A stretch of DNA of 64,000 nt, from assembly GCF_964204645.1 (NCBI RefSeq), contig NC_134032.1, positions 13,938,275 to 14,002,274 of the forward strand. Direction: 5' to 3'. A model generated the notes under the pieces. The model did not search any database, was not told the DNA's origin, and was given only the letters and a program-made list of their open reading frames with translations. Positions 14,200 through 26,700 of the stretch are shown one piece after another; position 1 is the stretch's first letter, and every line of letters begins with the position of its first letter. The stretch is from Tubulanus polymorphus (taxonomy: Eukaryota > Animalia > Nemertea). The translations under genes and the position numbers were made by a program.

Positions 14200-17100
14200 T
14201 TTTCTTTTATTGCACGCGCACCGATCATCATAGAAGACGTCGCCGTCCGGCTGTTCGTCGCGGTGGTTGTCGCCTCCCGAGGGGGAGCGACGCGGTGGCA
14301 GAGAGGACGAGATCAGCGTCGTAGCAGTTCCTGAGGTGGTGGAGGCGGAGCCGGAGCCGGAACCCGTGGTTGAACCGGACCTGGAGCCGGTAGTGGAGGA
14401 TGAGGAGGTAAGAGGAGTTCCTCCTGCCCCCGTGGAGCCGTTGGCCACTGCCGCAGTTTCGGCGCTGGACAGAGTTCGTAGCGGTGGTGTGGCGCCTCCC
14501 GAGGGGGAGCGACGCGGTGGCGGAGAGGACGTGATCGGCGGATGGCTTTAGAGTTTTGCTGTACTCTGATTTCATTATCTACTTTGCAATGAAATAGATT
14601 GCTGTTGCTGATGTTGAAGGTTTACAATTTTTACTGAAACCAGAGAGACATAGTTGAGGAGGTAGTCATGGAGAATGAGGAAGTAAGAGGAGTTCCTCCT
14701 GTCCCCGTGGAGCCATTAGCCGCTGCCCTGGTTTCGGCGCTGGACAGAGTTCTAAAGAAGGTGTACTGAAAGGGCACACAAGCACTCGTGAGGGCACCTC
14801 AAGATATTAAAGGCGGGGGACTGGATCCGCCCTTGATATATTAATTGTTTCTCCTGATTGTTAATGTATTTCTTTATTTTATATTTTACAGTGGAACCTA
14901 TATTAATTGAGACAGTGGAGGATGGTCCGGAGGACGTGAAAGAGGCCATAGACCTCTTTCACTTGAACCTTGGTCCTGTCTTGGACGACCAGCTGGCAGA
15001 CCCCGTTCCAGCTGCTGCCTCCCCGGATAGGCGCCCTAGGCAGCGGACCCTCCGGCAGCCGCACCCTGCTGCGCAAAGGTGGTCCCGTCGTGTGGACGGG
15101 CGGCTGTGGGAGGGGGAGTTTTATATTATATTTTATATTTTACAGTGGAACCTATATTAATTGAGACGGTGGAGGATGGTCCGGAGGACGTGAAAGAGGC
15201 CATAGACCTCTTTCACTTGAACCTTGGTCCTGTGTTGGACGACCAGTTGGCAGACTGCAATCCTGCTGCTGTCAGTTAGGCGCCCTAGGCAGCGGACCCT
15301 CCGGCAGCCGCACCCTGCTGCGCAAAGGTGGTCCCGTCGTGTGGACGGGCGGCTGTGGGAGGGGGAGTTTTATATTATATTTTATATTTTACAGTGGAAC
15401 CTATATTAATTGAGACGGTGGAGGATGGTCCGGAGGACGTGAAAGAGGCCATAGACCTCTTTCACTTGAACCTTGGTCCTGTCTTGGACGACCAGCTGGC
15501 AGATCCCGTTCCAGCTGCTGCCTCCCCGGATAGGCGTCCCATGCAGAAGGCCCTTTGACAGCCGCACCAGGAGGCAGCTATATGTAGAGGTGGTGAGGCC
15601 AGACTGTGGGAGGGGGAGGTTCCTCCCCAGGGGAAGCAACGTGTCGGCAGAGAGGAGGTGATCAGTCATGAGGCAGTTCCGGAGGTGGTGGAGCCGGAGC
15701 TTGAACCAGAGCCAGAGCCGGTTGTTGTGGAGGATGAGGTAAGAGGAGTTCCTCCTGCCCCCGTGGAGCCGTTGGCCGCTGCCCCGATGCCGCACCGAAG
15801 TGCGGGTGGTGGCTCGCGGTTCCGTGGGAGGAGCTTCGATCTTCGGATAGATCGAAGGCTCTCCTACAAGATTTAAAATCAGTTTTATTTAGGCGTGGGT
15901 ACAGGGAGTAGATGAATCTGGATGATCCAGTAACAAGGTACAGGGTGGTGGAGCGAGAGCTGGAGCCACTTCATGGAGGAGATGCTAGTGGAAGTAAAGG
16001 TGGTAAGAGGAGTTTTCCGCAGAGCAATTAGCTGTTTTTGAATTTCCTCAGCTACAAAATTTCATGCTATTCCAACTGGTTATATTGTATGCATCTGTAA
16101 TTTGAAATCTTATCGTCATTTCAAATCAAGATTGAAAGGATGTCACAAGAGTGTCCAAGATTGAAAGGATGTCACTAGTGTCCAAGATTGAAAGGATGTC
16201 ACTGAAGTGTCCAAGAATGAATATGCACTGTGTGCATAAGGAGGTTATGTGGAAAAAAAGGATTTACAACCATCGGCAATTTGTATATTCTTTTACAGGC
16301 AAAACTTACAGTGACGGTGTTGGACATGAAAAGAGGCTATCAACATCTTTCACCTGAATTTTTGACCAATTTTGGACGACCAGTTGGCAGACTGCAATCC
16401 TGCTGCTGTCAGTTAGGCGCCCTAGGCAGCGGACCCTCCGGCAGCCGCACCCTGCTGCGCAAAGGTGGTCCCGTCGTGTGGACGGGCGGCTGTGGGAGGG
16501 GGAGTTTTATATTATATTTTATATTTTACAGTGGAACCTATATTAATTGAGACGGTGGAGGATGGTCCGGAGGACGTGAAAGAGGCCATAGACCTCTTTC
16601 ACTTGAACCTTGGTCCTGTCTTGGACGACCAGCTGGCAGACCCCGTTCCAGCTGCTGCCTCCCCGGATAGGCGCCCTAGGCAGCAGACCCTCCGGCAGCC
16701 GCACCCTGCTGCACAGAGGTGGTCCCGTCGTGTGGGCGGGCGTTCTGTGGGAGGGGGAATTATGGGAGGTAAGCATCATCTCAACATCAATGAGATTTGA
16801 TATTGTACTAACCAGGTGGCGATCGCGTCACCGAAACCACCATGATGGCGATCCCACCATTTACGCCACCAGATGGAAATTTTACGCTTCATTAGCTAAT
16901 AACGAAAATGTTGCAGCCGCCGTGATATTTCAAGGTAAGACATATTCGATTTTAATCAATTAAATCTCGACATCGTCGAGAAGAAAATGCAGCCGTTGCA
17001 GCTGCCGCAGCTGCCCCAGCCGTCGATGCGACGGAAAATGGTAAGTATACACATATTCATGATCCTATTTTAGATATGTCCGTTTGTAGCCAGACATTTT

Positions 17101-18650
17101 TCGTGGATGGGTTTATATATACTTATGTAAAAATCGCAATCGGCAAATCTCATTTGCCCGGGCGGAACCAAGAATTCTAAATAAGAGCTGAAACGTTCGT
17201 ATTTTCAGTTGTACATAATGTATACACGCATACCAAGCGGTCCAGTTCCAGTTAAGATTTGACTCTGTAGAGTTAAAACATTAAAACATCAAAACGAATT
17301 AATTCTATAAATAAATGATCGAAAATATCCATTTCGATTGTGATCAAATTGATAAGTTTAACTAGATTCTCAAAGTCCACCAGATGGCGATCCCACCAGT
17401 TACGCCACCAGATGGCGATCCCACCAGTTATTACCAGATGGAAATTTTACGCTTCATCAGCTAATAACCAAAATGTTGCGGCCGCCGTGACATCTTAAGA
17501 CGTATTCAATTTTAATCAATTAAATCCTAACATCATGATTATTATTATATTATAGGAAGAAAATGCAGCCCCTGCTGCAGCCGTCACCGCCGATGATAAT
17601 TATGCGACAGAAAATAGTAAGTCTACACATATTCATGATCCTATTTTAGATCCGTCCGTTTGTAGCCAGACATTTTTGGCTGAGCTGCCCAAACTGTTAC
17701 TGATTTGTTGTCGCCGCACCTGCACCTGAACCAGTGAGCTCTAAACGGGCTCGAGTCGGACCAATTAAAGTAAGTTTGATTTGTGTCAAATCATTTTCAA
17801 GCTAATTTCAAATAAGTTTATTGATAATCTGGGCAGGGTTTTATAGACCACATCATTTTCTCCTAGGGGTAAATCCTCAACCTTCGCCCGATTTCATAGA
17901 CCGGGTTTCAATGTTGCCCCTAGCTGTAAATCCTCAACATAGGTGACAACCACCATTGTAACAATGATAAACTATGGTAATAACTGACAAATTTTTAAAT
18001 GTTTCCAATTGTCCGAGCGTTCGAACCACTTTTCAAGTGATGTTCACGTCTCTGCACCCACAGTTCATGGTTATTCATGAAGACTTGACCATTATTTCCT
18101 GTTTTAAGTCATGTAGATTATTATCATTGTGGTTCACCAATGATTATGAGGATATTCTATTTTTTTCAAAATCTGCATCGGAAAAAGAATTATCCCTGAA
18201 TCTCTCTGGTCCTACCGAGCTAATTCTGATACCGAACTCTCCAAACAGTAAGAAATCATTGAATGCTTCGATGATTTAGTCAATGTTGATCGTTTTGTTT
18301 TTTCCAGAGAGACGAGATACCGCCGTTAAGGCGATCACCGCGGCTTAGATGCCGTAGAGTAAGTTTGAATCGTTTACTGAGTTAGTGGTATTCCAGATCT
18401 TATAACGACTTAGAGTAGTGCCTCCATTTTTAAGAGCTTTGAAATATCAAAATACTTTCAAGATCACAATGATTTCTAGTTGTGGTTATTTTTCGATCTC
18501 TTTCATCTGAACCTTGGCTGTGGGAGGGGGAGTTACGGAAGGTAAGCATCATCCCAATTTGTTTATTCAAGTCATTGATGAGATAAGGCGGAATACTGCT
18601 GCGGATCCACGGTATCTTGTTAATTTCTTAACGAAATGTAAGTACAACTT
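14200..18650 (+). pseudogene. Inverted, scrambled mosaic of 3' exons of the microexon gene
   Basis: Exon 36 pieces at ~14215-14550, ~14660-14752 and ~15670-15912. Exon 35 copies start at 14892, 15146, 15395 and 16532 (last one 237 nt, frameshifted). Exon 33 copies at ~16980-17040 and 17556-17616; exon 30 at ~17730-17769; exon 32 at 18308-18358; exon 34 at 18572-18637. Many retain intron flanks; order is non-colinear and several are truncated. Confidence 0.8.
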
Positions 18651-19265
18651 TTTGCACTTATACTCTCTTACTCTCTCTTTTCACTGGTCACATCATTTTT
18701 AAAGTACTGGCTGTAATGTTGTAAAACTATCTTGTTTTACGTTATCAATTGTTCGACCGATAATCAGAAGATTATGTATCAAAAGAAATCCTAAATTATC
18801 TCAAATCCTGACAAAACTTGAGAGTGAGAAGCAAAAAACATTTTCATGCCGGTATCATGGTTCCCTCAGTTATATCAATTCAGAATTCCCAAGTATTTCA
18901 TGGGTGTTTTTCAATTTTCCCAAATGGCAATGAACACATATCGTCATGCAACAGTCAAAATTTTAGCGGTGACTGGTTGATAAAGGTGATTTTCAAGGGA
19001 AATTGCTGAAGAAAGTTGCCCTTGGCAAATACAACATGTGAAATATAATGAATTTCCCAAGTATTTTCCTGATATAAGGAAAATTTTTCAAATTCCCAAA
19101 TATTTCCAAACCGGGAATTATTTTTACAAAATTCCCAAGTTTTTCCCAATTTCCCTGTTCTGTGGGAACCATACGGTATAATCCGCACATCGTAAACGGA
19201 CGCGTAGCAAAAATCGAAAAAATAATTTGGTGTCTATAATATGAGAATGTACCTTTATAGGAATA

Positions 19266-22160
19266 ACTAAGTATACATGCGACTAGACATACACATAACT
19301 AGACATACACAAACCTAGACATACACATGCCTAGACATACACATGCCTAGACATACACATGACTAGACATACACATGATTAGATACACACATGACTAGAC
19401 ATACACATGACTAGGTATACACGTGACTAAGTATTCAGGTGACTAGTCAGAGACTGCATTCGTGTTTTAATAGTTGTTATCATTGTTTCCAGAGGGTTGG
19501 AGAAACCTCTGGGGAGTTACTGGACATATCCCTTGAATCGTAGCGGTCTAACCAGGAAGATGACCATATCCAGACCAACCAGAATACCCGCTTTTGTACA
19601 CCCTCTTACATCTTCCCATATTGCTGGCTGAATGCGTGCTCGAGGCGCGTGTTGGGCGTAAATTCTTGATATCTGCACCGGCAACGTGGACCTGAGTAAA
19701 GCTCAGCAACAATTTAGAGGGGAGTGGGTAGGCCAGGGAGGGAGTAGGGCAGGACTAAGAGGGAGAATTTGGGAGGGGAGCAGAAATGGGAGTAAGAGGG
19801 AGATAGAAAAGAGGTAAGGAAGAGGGCAGAGTAAAAAGAGAAGAGGATATGAGGGGGAGAGGGAGGGATGCAGGGAGGGAGGGATGCAGGGGGAAGGAGG
19901 CAGGGAGGGAGGGGAGGGAGGACAAGAAGAGGAAGTGAAAGAGGAGAGGCAGAGTGGAGGGAGATACAAGAGAGGAAAGGAGGAGGGCAGAGCATAGAGA
20001 GAAGAGATTAGGGCAGGGCAGGGCAGGGCAGGGCAGGGTAGGGAAGAGGAAAGGGAGAGAGGGAGGGTCAGGTATGGGAGAGGATGAGAGGAAGAGGGTT
20101 AGGGTAAGGAGAGGATGGTAAAGGAGAGAGGCAAGAAACGTGGAAGGGAGGAGGAAAAGAAGAGAGAGGAGGAGCAGGGTAGAGGATAGAGGAAAGAGGG
20201 AGCCAAAACTAGGGATGCAATATCCAGTTATACTAAGTGAAAATACCAAGAATTTGCGTGCCAAGATAAATGGGGAGGGCCTACAAAAAAAAGTCTAAGA
20301 AAAAAACCTAAGAAAACGAAATACCTAAAAAAAGAAAGTGTTTGGAAAAAAATCAGGAATTTCTGAAAATATTGTGACAAATTATGAATATTTTTGCTAC
20401 ATGATTTTTAAGAATGGTCTAAAGAGCAACGAACCCAGTTTCTCTTTGATTGGTTCTAACTCAATCCTAAACTGAATATCTTCGTGAAACTGGGCCCACA
20501 TAGGAATACCAACCACCCCCACAACCCGAACCCAGCCTCAACCATGTCCCTACACCCCATCCCAGGTTTAATGGGTTTAGACGACACGCGTGAAGAACTA
20601 ACAATCATTCTCGCAAAAACAGAACCAACATTCACTGTATACAACATTCACACACACACACATACTAAGAGAAGCTTCGTAATTGAAACGTTGAAATTAA
20701 TTTCGAATATTTCATTCAATTAATGGATTCACAAAAAAGTATCAACTCCTTAAACGAGTTTCCAACGTTTTTGTTTAACGTTGTCTACGATCGAAACATT
20801 ACGAATTGTTATGAAATCCAAACTACGAATCTATTTCAAATTTTCAATAACGTTCTTCTGAGAGAAAAAAAAGAAGACCAATCTTAATAATGATTATTTC
20901 AAAAATATTCTAAAATATCAAAACATTCTCAGTAGTTCCCGACGCAGATAAAATTTTGCCTAGAATTTTGCCTAAGTTAAACCTGATTTAACCTAATATA
21001 TTTCGTCTGGGATCGATTTTTTTCGGATATTTCTCTGAATCATTTGAACACTTGCCTCAAGTTGGGCTTAAACGACAAGTGAAACTGTGTACTCTGAATA
21101 AAACATTATTTCCCATAATACATTTTACACTGTATCGAAGAATTGTCAACAAGTCTAACAGGGAGAACAATACTCATTTTTTTTAAAATAAATCAAAAAT
21201 AAATTAAGTTCAGAAATTAGCCTACACCTTTCACGCCTAAATACTGAAATATTTTCCAAATGATCAAAATTATAATTTGTCGGCTTGAAAAAATTGGAAA
21301 CACATTGTTAGAAATGAAAAAAATGGAGTCTCTTTTCTCTTATTCAACTAGAGTAGATACTTTTTCTATCTTTCAATACAGCATAAAATGGATATAAAAG
21401 CTAGTTCATTTAGACTGCATCGTTTCACTATCATATCAAGACCAAATTCGAGGCATGCGTTCAAAAGATTAAGAAAATTATCCCGAAAAATCTACCACAG
21501 ACAGAAAAATATAAGACTTATGTTAGATAAGAAAAAAAAAAGAAAAAAAACCGAACTCCTTAAAATTGTAATACTAAAGCCTAAACTATCACTAAACCTA
21601 AACTATGAAAAAAAGGTAGAAAGAGGGGGGCCAAGATCTCGGCACAGCGAGCCAGGGGGGTTAGTGCACATCCTGCGCTCGCTAGGAGGGTACATGACCA
21701 TCCTCCTGCAACCTCGGGAGGACCTCCTACTGCAGCCTCGTGCTACAGCCTCGGGAGATTTTATACCTCCTATTCCGTCACTTCTGACGGAAATACGCCA
21801 TTGCCAGCTCTGGAAGAATGGGATGTATGTTTCGTGCGAGTTTATCTCCGGAAGGCCCGGATCTGCGGCCATCAACCCAGCACCGTACGATTCATATCGA
21901 GATATGACTAGTAACTCCGAGAGGTAGCCCAACCATAGAAACAATGATAGCAACTAGTAAAACAGAATACAGAGTCTGACTAGTCACAAGAATACCTAGC
22001 CACGTATATACCTAGCCACGTATATACCTAGTCATGTGTACACCTAGTCATGCGTACATCCAGCCATGCGTACATCCAGCCATATGTACACCCAGCTATG
22101 TGTACATCCAGCTATGTGCACACCCAGCCATGTGTACAACTGGTCATATGCATACTTAGT
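19266..22160. mobile_element. Putative foldback/long-TIR non-autonomous element
   Basis: ~19266-19545 is the imperfect reverse complement of ~21880-22160, each arm including a 16-bp minisatellite. No transposase ORF inside. Confidence 0.45.
19715..20215. repeat. 500-bp polypurine (G/A) low-complexity tract
   Basis: Almost only G and A on the + strand, with (gggca)n. Confidence 0.9.
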
Positions 22161-22499
22161 ACCTGAATACATATGTACCAAGCACCTAACAGCACCTGCA
22201 CCTAAAAGGATCTGTTCCTGTACCTGAGAGCATCTGCACCTGTACCTAAAAGGATCTGCACCTGTACCTTATAGTATCTGCACTTGGAAAATTGACCGCA
22301 ATTTTTGCAAAGAGTAATTTTTACTCAAATTGTTGAAAATTAGAAAATATTGACGAGGCGAACACGTCGAAAAACGTTTGAAACGCAAAATATTGTTTTA
22401 GAAGAAATCGGTTTAAAAAAATGCCGAGATATCGATCAATGGTTTTTCGAATGATCTGAACTCAATTGAGCTGATTATCAATTTATCGACTGATCGATT

Positions 22500-23150
22500 T
22501 TCAACTGACTACTACGACCGAGTCACTGACTGACAAAGACTTACTGACAACTACTGAATATGATGACTTCGATGATTGAGTGACTACGACCGAGTCACTG
22601 ACTGACAAAGACTTACTGACTACTACTGATCATGACTACTGTGATTGAGTGACTGCTACAGAGTCACCAATACTATTACTATTAATGACAAAATGACTAC
22701 TACGAGTCACTGACTACAACTTAGTGACTACTATTAACCAAAAAATGACCACTACAACTGACTTATAAAGACTTACTGACTACTACTGATCATGACTGCT
22801 GTGATTGAGTGACTGCTACAGAGTCACCAATACTATTACTATTAATGACAAAATGACTACTACGAGTCACTGACTACAACTTAGTGACTACTATTAACCA
22901 AAAAATGACTACAAAAAATGACTACTACAACTGACTTATAAAGACTTACTGACTACTACTGATCATGACTACTGTGATTGAGTGACTGCTACAGAGTCAC
23001 CGATATTATTACTACTAGTAACAAAATGACTACTACGAGTCACTGACTACAACTTAGTGACTACTACTAACCAAAAAATGACTAGTATGACTGTGTAACT
23101 TTACTGAATGACTACACTACTACTGCTGATTAACTGACTACTATGACCGA
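22500..23150. repeat. actact/gactgact-rich compound tandem repeat just 3' of the stop codon
   Basis: About 160-180-bp units (anchor aaagacttactgac). Confidence 0.85.
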
Positions 23151-23273
23151 TGAAAAAAAACTGTTTCGTTGAACTGCTGGTTACCCGGATACAGGAAGCA
23201 GTTGAAACGTAAATGACCCAGTGAAGCAGTGAACAAACAAGCCTACCTCGTTACTGGATCATTTACGATTCAT

Positions 23274-23741
23274 CTACTCCCTGTACCCACGCCTAAATAG
23301 GACCGATTTTAGATCACGAAGAAGAGCCTTCGATCTATCCGAAGATAGAAGCTCCTCCCACGGTCCCACGGAACCGCGAGCCACCACCCGCACTTCGGCG
23401 CGGCATCGGTCGCTGGACAGAACTCTGTCCAGCGCCGAAACCGGGGCAGCGGCCAACGGCTCCACGGGGGCAGGAGGAACTCCTCTTACCTCCTCAACCT
23501 CCACGACCATCTCCTCTTCTACCGGTTCCGGCTCCGGCTCCGGCTCCGGGACCGGTTCAAACACCGGTTCCGGCTCCAGCTCCGGCTCCGGCACCGGCAC
23601 CGCCTCCACCACCTCCGGAACTGCCACGACGCCGATCTCCTCCCCTCTGCCACCGCGTCGCTCCCCCTCGGGAGGCGCCACACCACCGCGACGAACCGCC
23701 GGACGGCGTCGTCTTCGATGCCGAGCGGTGCGCGTGCCCGT
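23274..23741 (-). CDS. Terminal exon (36), Arg-rich then Pro/Glu-rich (PEPEPE)
   Basis: Acceptor ttttttgcag|ACGGGC in phase 0; open 155 codons to TAG (ORF 23274..23759); GC-rich against AT-rich flanks. Confidence 0.8.
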   Translation of the reverse strand, partial: TGTRTARHRRRRRPAVRRGGVAPPEGERRGGRGEEIGVVAVPEVVEAVPVPEPELEPEPVFEPVPEPEPEPEPVEEEMVVEVEEVRGVPPAPVEPLAAAPVSALDRVLSSDRCRAEVRVVARGSVGPWEELLSSDRSKALLRDLKSVLFRRGYRE

Positions 23742-26700
23742 CTGCAAAAAAGAAAACATTCATTTACTAAATGATCGGTTGAAAAGTGATTTTTTACAGA
23801 AAATTTTCGGATCAGTAACCGAGCTGAAATAATGTAACAATATTCTAAAGGGTTAGAAAATAAAGCGAAAAAAAAAATGACGATGGCTCGCTGAAAATGA
23901 AAGTATTATTAAAGAAAAGATATTATAAGTGATTCACAAAAACTGTTCGTGTGAGAGAAATTGACATTCGAAATCAAAACCGAGAGAAATATAAAAAAAA
24001 CATGAGATGATGCTTACCTCCCGTAACTCCCCCTCCCACAGCCGCCCGTCCACACGACGGGACCACCTCTGTGCAGCAGGGTGCGGCTGCCGGAGGGTCC
24101 GCTGCCTAGGGCGCCTATCCGGGGAGGCAGCAGCTGGAACGGGGTCTGCCAGCTGGTCATCCAAGACAGGACCAAGGTTCAAGTGAAAGAGGTCTATGGC
24201 CTCTTTCACGTCCTCCGGACCATCCTCCACCGTCTCAATTAATATTGGTTCCACTGTAAAATATAAAATAGAAAGAAATACATTAACAATCAGGAGAAAC
24301 AATTAATATATCAAGGGCGGATCCAGTCCCCCGCCTTTAATATCTTGAGGTGCCCTCAAGATATTTTAGGAATTTCTTTTTCCATTTTATAAAGAAATAT
24401 CAAGTATTCCCTCATGATGGCTATCGAATAGCCTCGGGCAACAAAATTTCAAAATTTTCTGGGGAGAAACACTTAAGACCCCTTTCATCCCTTCACGAGT
24501 GCTCATGTGCCCTTCAGTAAACCTTCCAAAAATCCTGGCTCAGCCCTTGTAGATTTACAGTGAACCCAGTGTAGCTAGTAATCTCATTAATACAAAATGG
24601 TTGACTTTCCACTTGAAGCGTGATTGATTGCCAATAATTTGTGACATCATCATGCAGCAGAATGTGGGATGCGGAAAGAAGACAATATCAGTCTCCATGA
24701 GTGACAATGATGGGCTGGTTGAGAGTTTAGGTTTGTCGGGACAGGGTTACTACAGTACAGCACAGAAGTAACTAAACATTTCATCATTGTATTGTTCAGT
24801 CACATGAACAAATAAATAGGTGTCATACCATCAGCGAACCATCACTTAACCATCAGTGAACCCCTGCCATAACCGCAAACCATGATTCATGATGATTTGA
24901 AAATAATTCTAAATGGTAGGCATGGAAACTTGTTAAAATTGATCTAGTTCATAAAATGCAGTCTATTTTCTCCGATTCAAATCAGTTCAAGAAGACTTTT
25001 TTGGCAATGCTTCAATAAACAGCGTAAAATGGATGCAAAAACGATGGTTTATTCAGACCGCGCGATTTCACTGGTCGTATTTAAACCAAATTTGATGAGG
25101 TATGTGTTTAAAACAATGAGCGACGTATGGTATATGGAGTATATTACTTAACTAATTACTTACTCACCAAATTACTCAATTAACCTTTTCTTCTCTGTAT
25201 ATATATACCCCTGTTTTTAGTCTCACACCTGACGATGATCTCTAGGGTGAGATCGAAACGTCGTGTCCTTATGTTTTAGATTGTTTCAATAAATAAATTC
25301 TCGATTTTAGAATTCTTTTAATTTTATATTTATTTTTTTGTAAATAAAGTTGGTTTTTATCTTATTAACCCTTTCAGTGCCGACTGATCAATACCCTATA
25401 GTGCTGGAGATAATTTGAAAATTTTGAAAAATTCCGCCCTAGTGTGTTGAATAACGGGAATAGCACTACAGTGCGTCTACACCACGGCGCGGTATATCGT
25501 TAGTTACATTTCTAGGCTGTACCGTCAATAAGACCCGGGGCTTGATGAGGCAGTGGCTGCGTTACTGTGGCAAGCGAGGATCAGCTCGTGGTTACTCCTC
25601 AGTTACCGTGCTTCAATTTCGTCGACACTTCCCGATTGAACTGTAGCCGACTCATCGCTTTATCAATACGCGAAAGTTGCTCGAACAAAAATTCATTTGA
25701 TTATATTTGAATTTTGTAAGCCAAAAAATCGAGTTCGAAAAATAAACTAATTTCATCGCGTATCAACCAGTGTATTTTTGCGCCATCTGGTGTACGCAGC
25801 CAGTACCTTATTCAATGTACATTGAGGATACTTATCTCAACACGAGCGGCGGGGGGGGGGGGGGGGGGGGGATGAAAAATGATGTGATCAGTGGAAAGAG
25901 AGAGGAGAGAGTATAAATGCAAAAAGTTGTACTTACATCGCGTCAAAAAATTAAGTAAATACCGCGGATCCGCGGCGATATTCCGCCTTATTTCTTCGAT
26001 GACTGTAAAATAAATAAATGAGAAAAATTGTTAGTATTTCATTAAATCATGGACGATCAATAGGAGTTTTACGACGTGGACAATACAGTCAAAGTCCGTT
26101 ATACCGCCGCCATACTCCATCAGGAGTGACATGATTTTCGGCATTTTAACGTGCTGGATCCAGTTCCACAAATGAGTTAACTCTGAACTCAGAATCTAGT
26201 TCTACATTTGCGAGAGTTAACACTGAACTCAGAATCTAGTTCTACATTTGCGAGAGTTAACACTGAACTCAGAATCTAGTTCTACATTTGCGAGAGTTAA
26301 CTCTGAACTCAGAATCTAGTTCTACATTTGCGAGAGTTTATTCTGAACTCAGGATCCAGTTCCACAGATGAGTTAGATTTAACTCTGAACACAGAATCCA
26401 GTGCTACAGTTACGAGTTAAAGTTAACTCTGAACTCGGGATCCAGGACCCAGTTCCACAGTTGTGATTTAGAGTTAACTAAATTAATCATCAGTTATCAA
26501 CAGTAAGGCGCTCAGTAACATCTTTCATATTTCTGTTCAAATCAGAGACAAATTCAGTATTTCTTGTCATAAAATGGTAACACATACCGAAAAATCAGTA
26601 ACAGTTTGGGCAGCTCTGCTAAAAATGTCTGGCTACAAACGGACATATCTAAAATAGGATCATCAATATGTGTAGACTTACCATTTTCCGTCGCATCGAC

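Noticed and set aside
19703-20264. Pro/Leu/Ser-rich ORFs
   Set aside because: By-product of the polypyrimidine strand of the G/A tract.
21388-21953. 179-aa and 116-aa opposing ORFs as transposase or gene
   Set aside because: No catalytic motifs; partly A-rich low complexity; overlaps an inverted-repeat arm.
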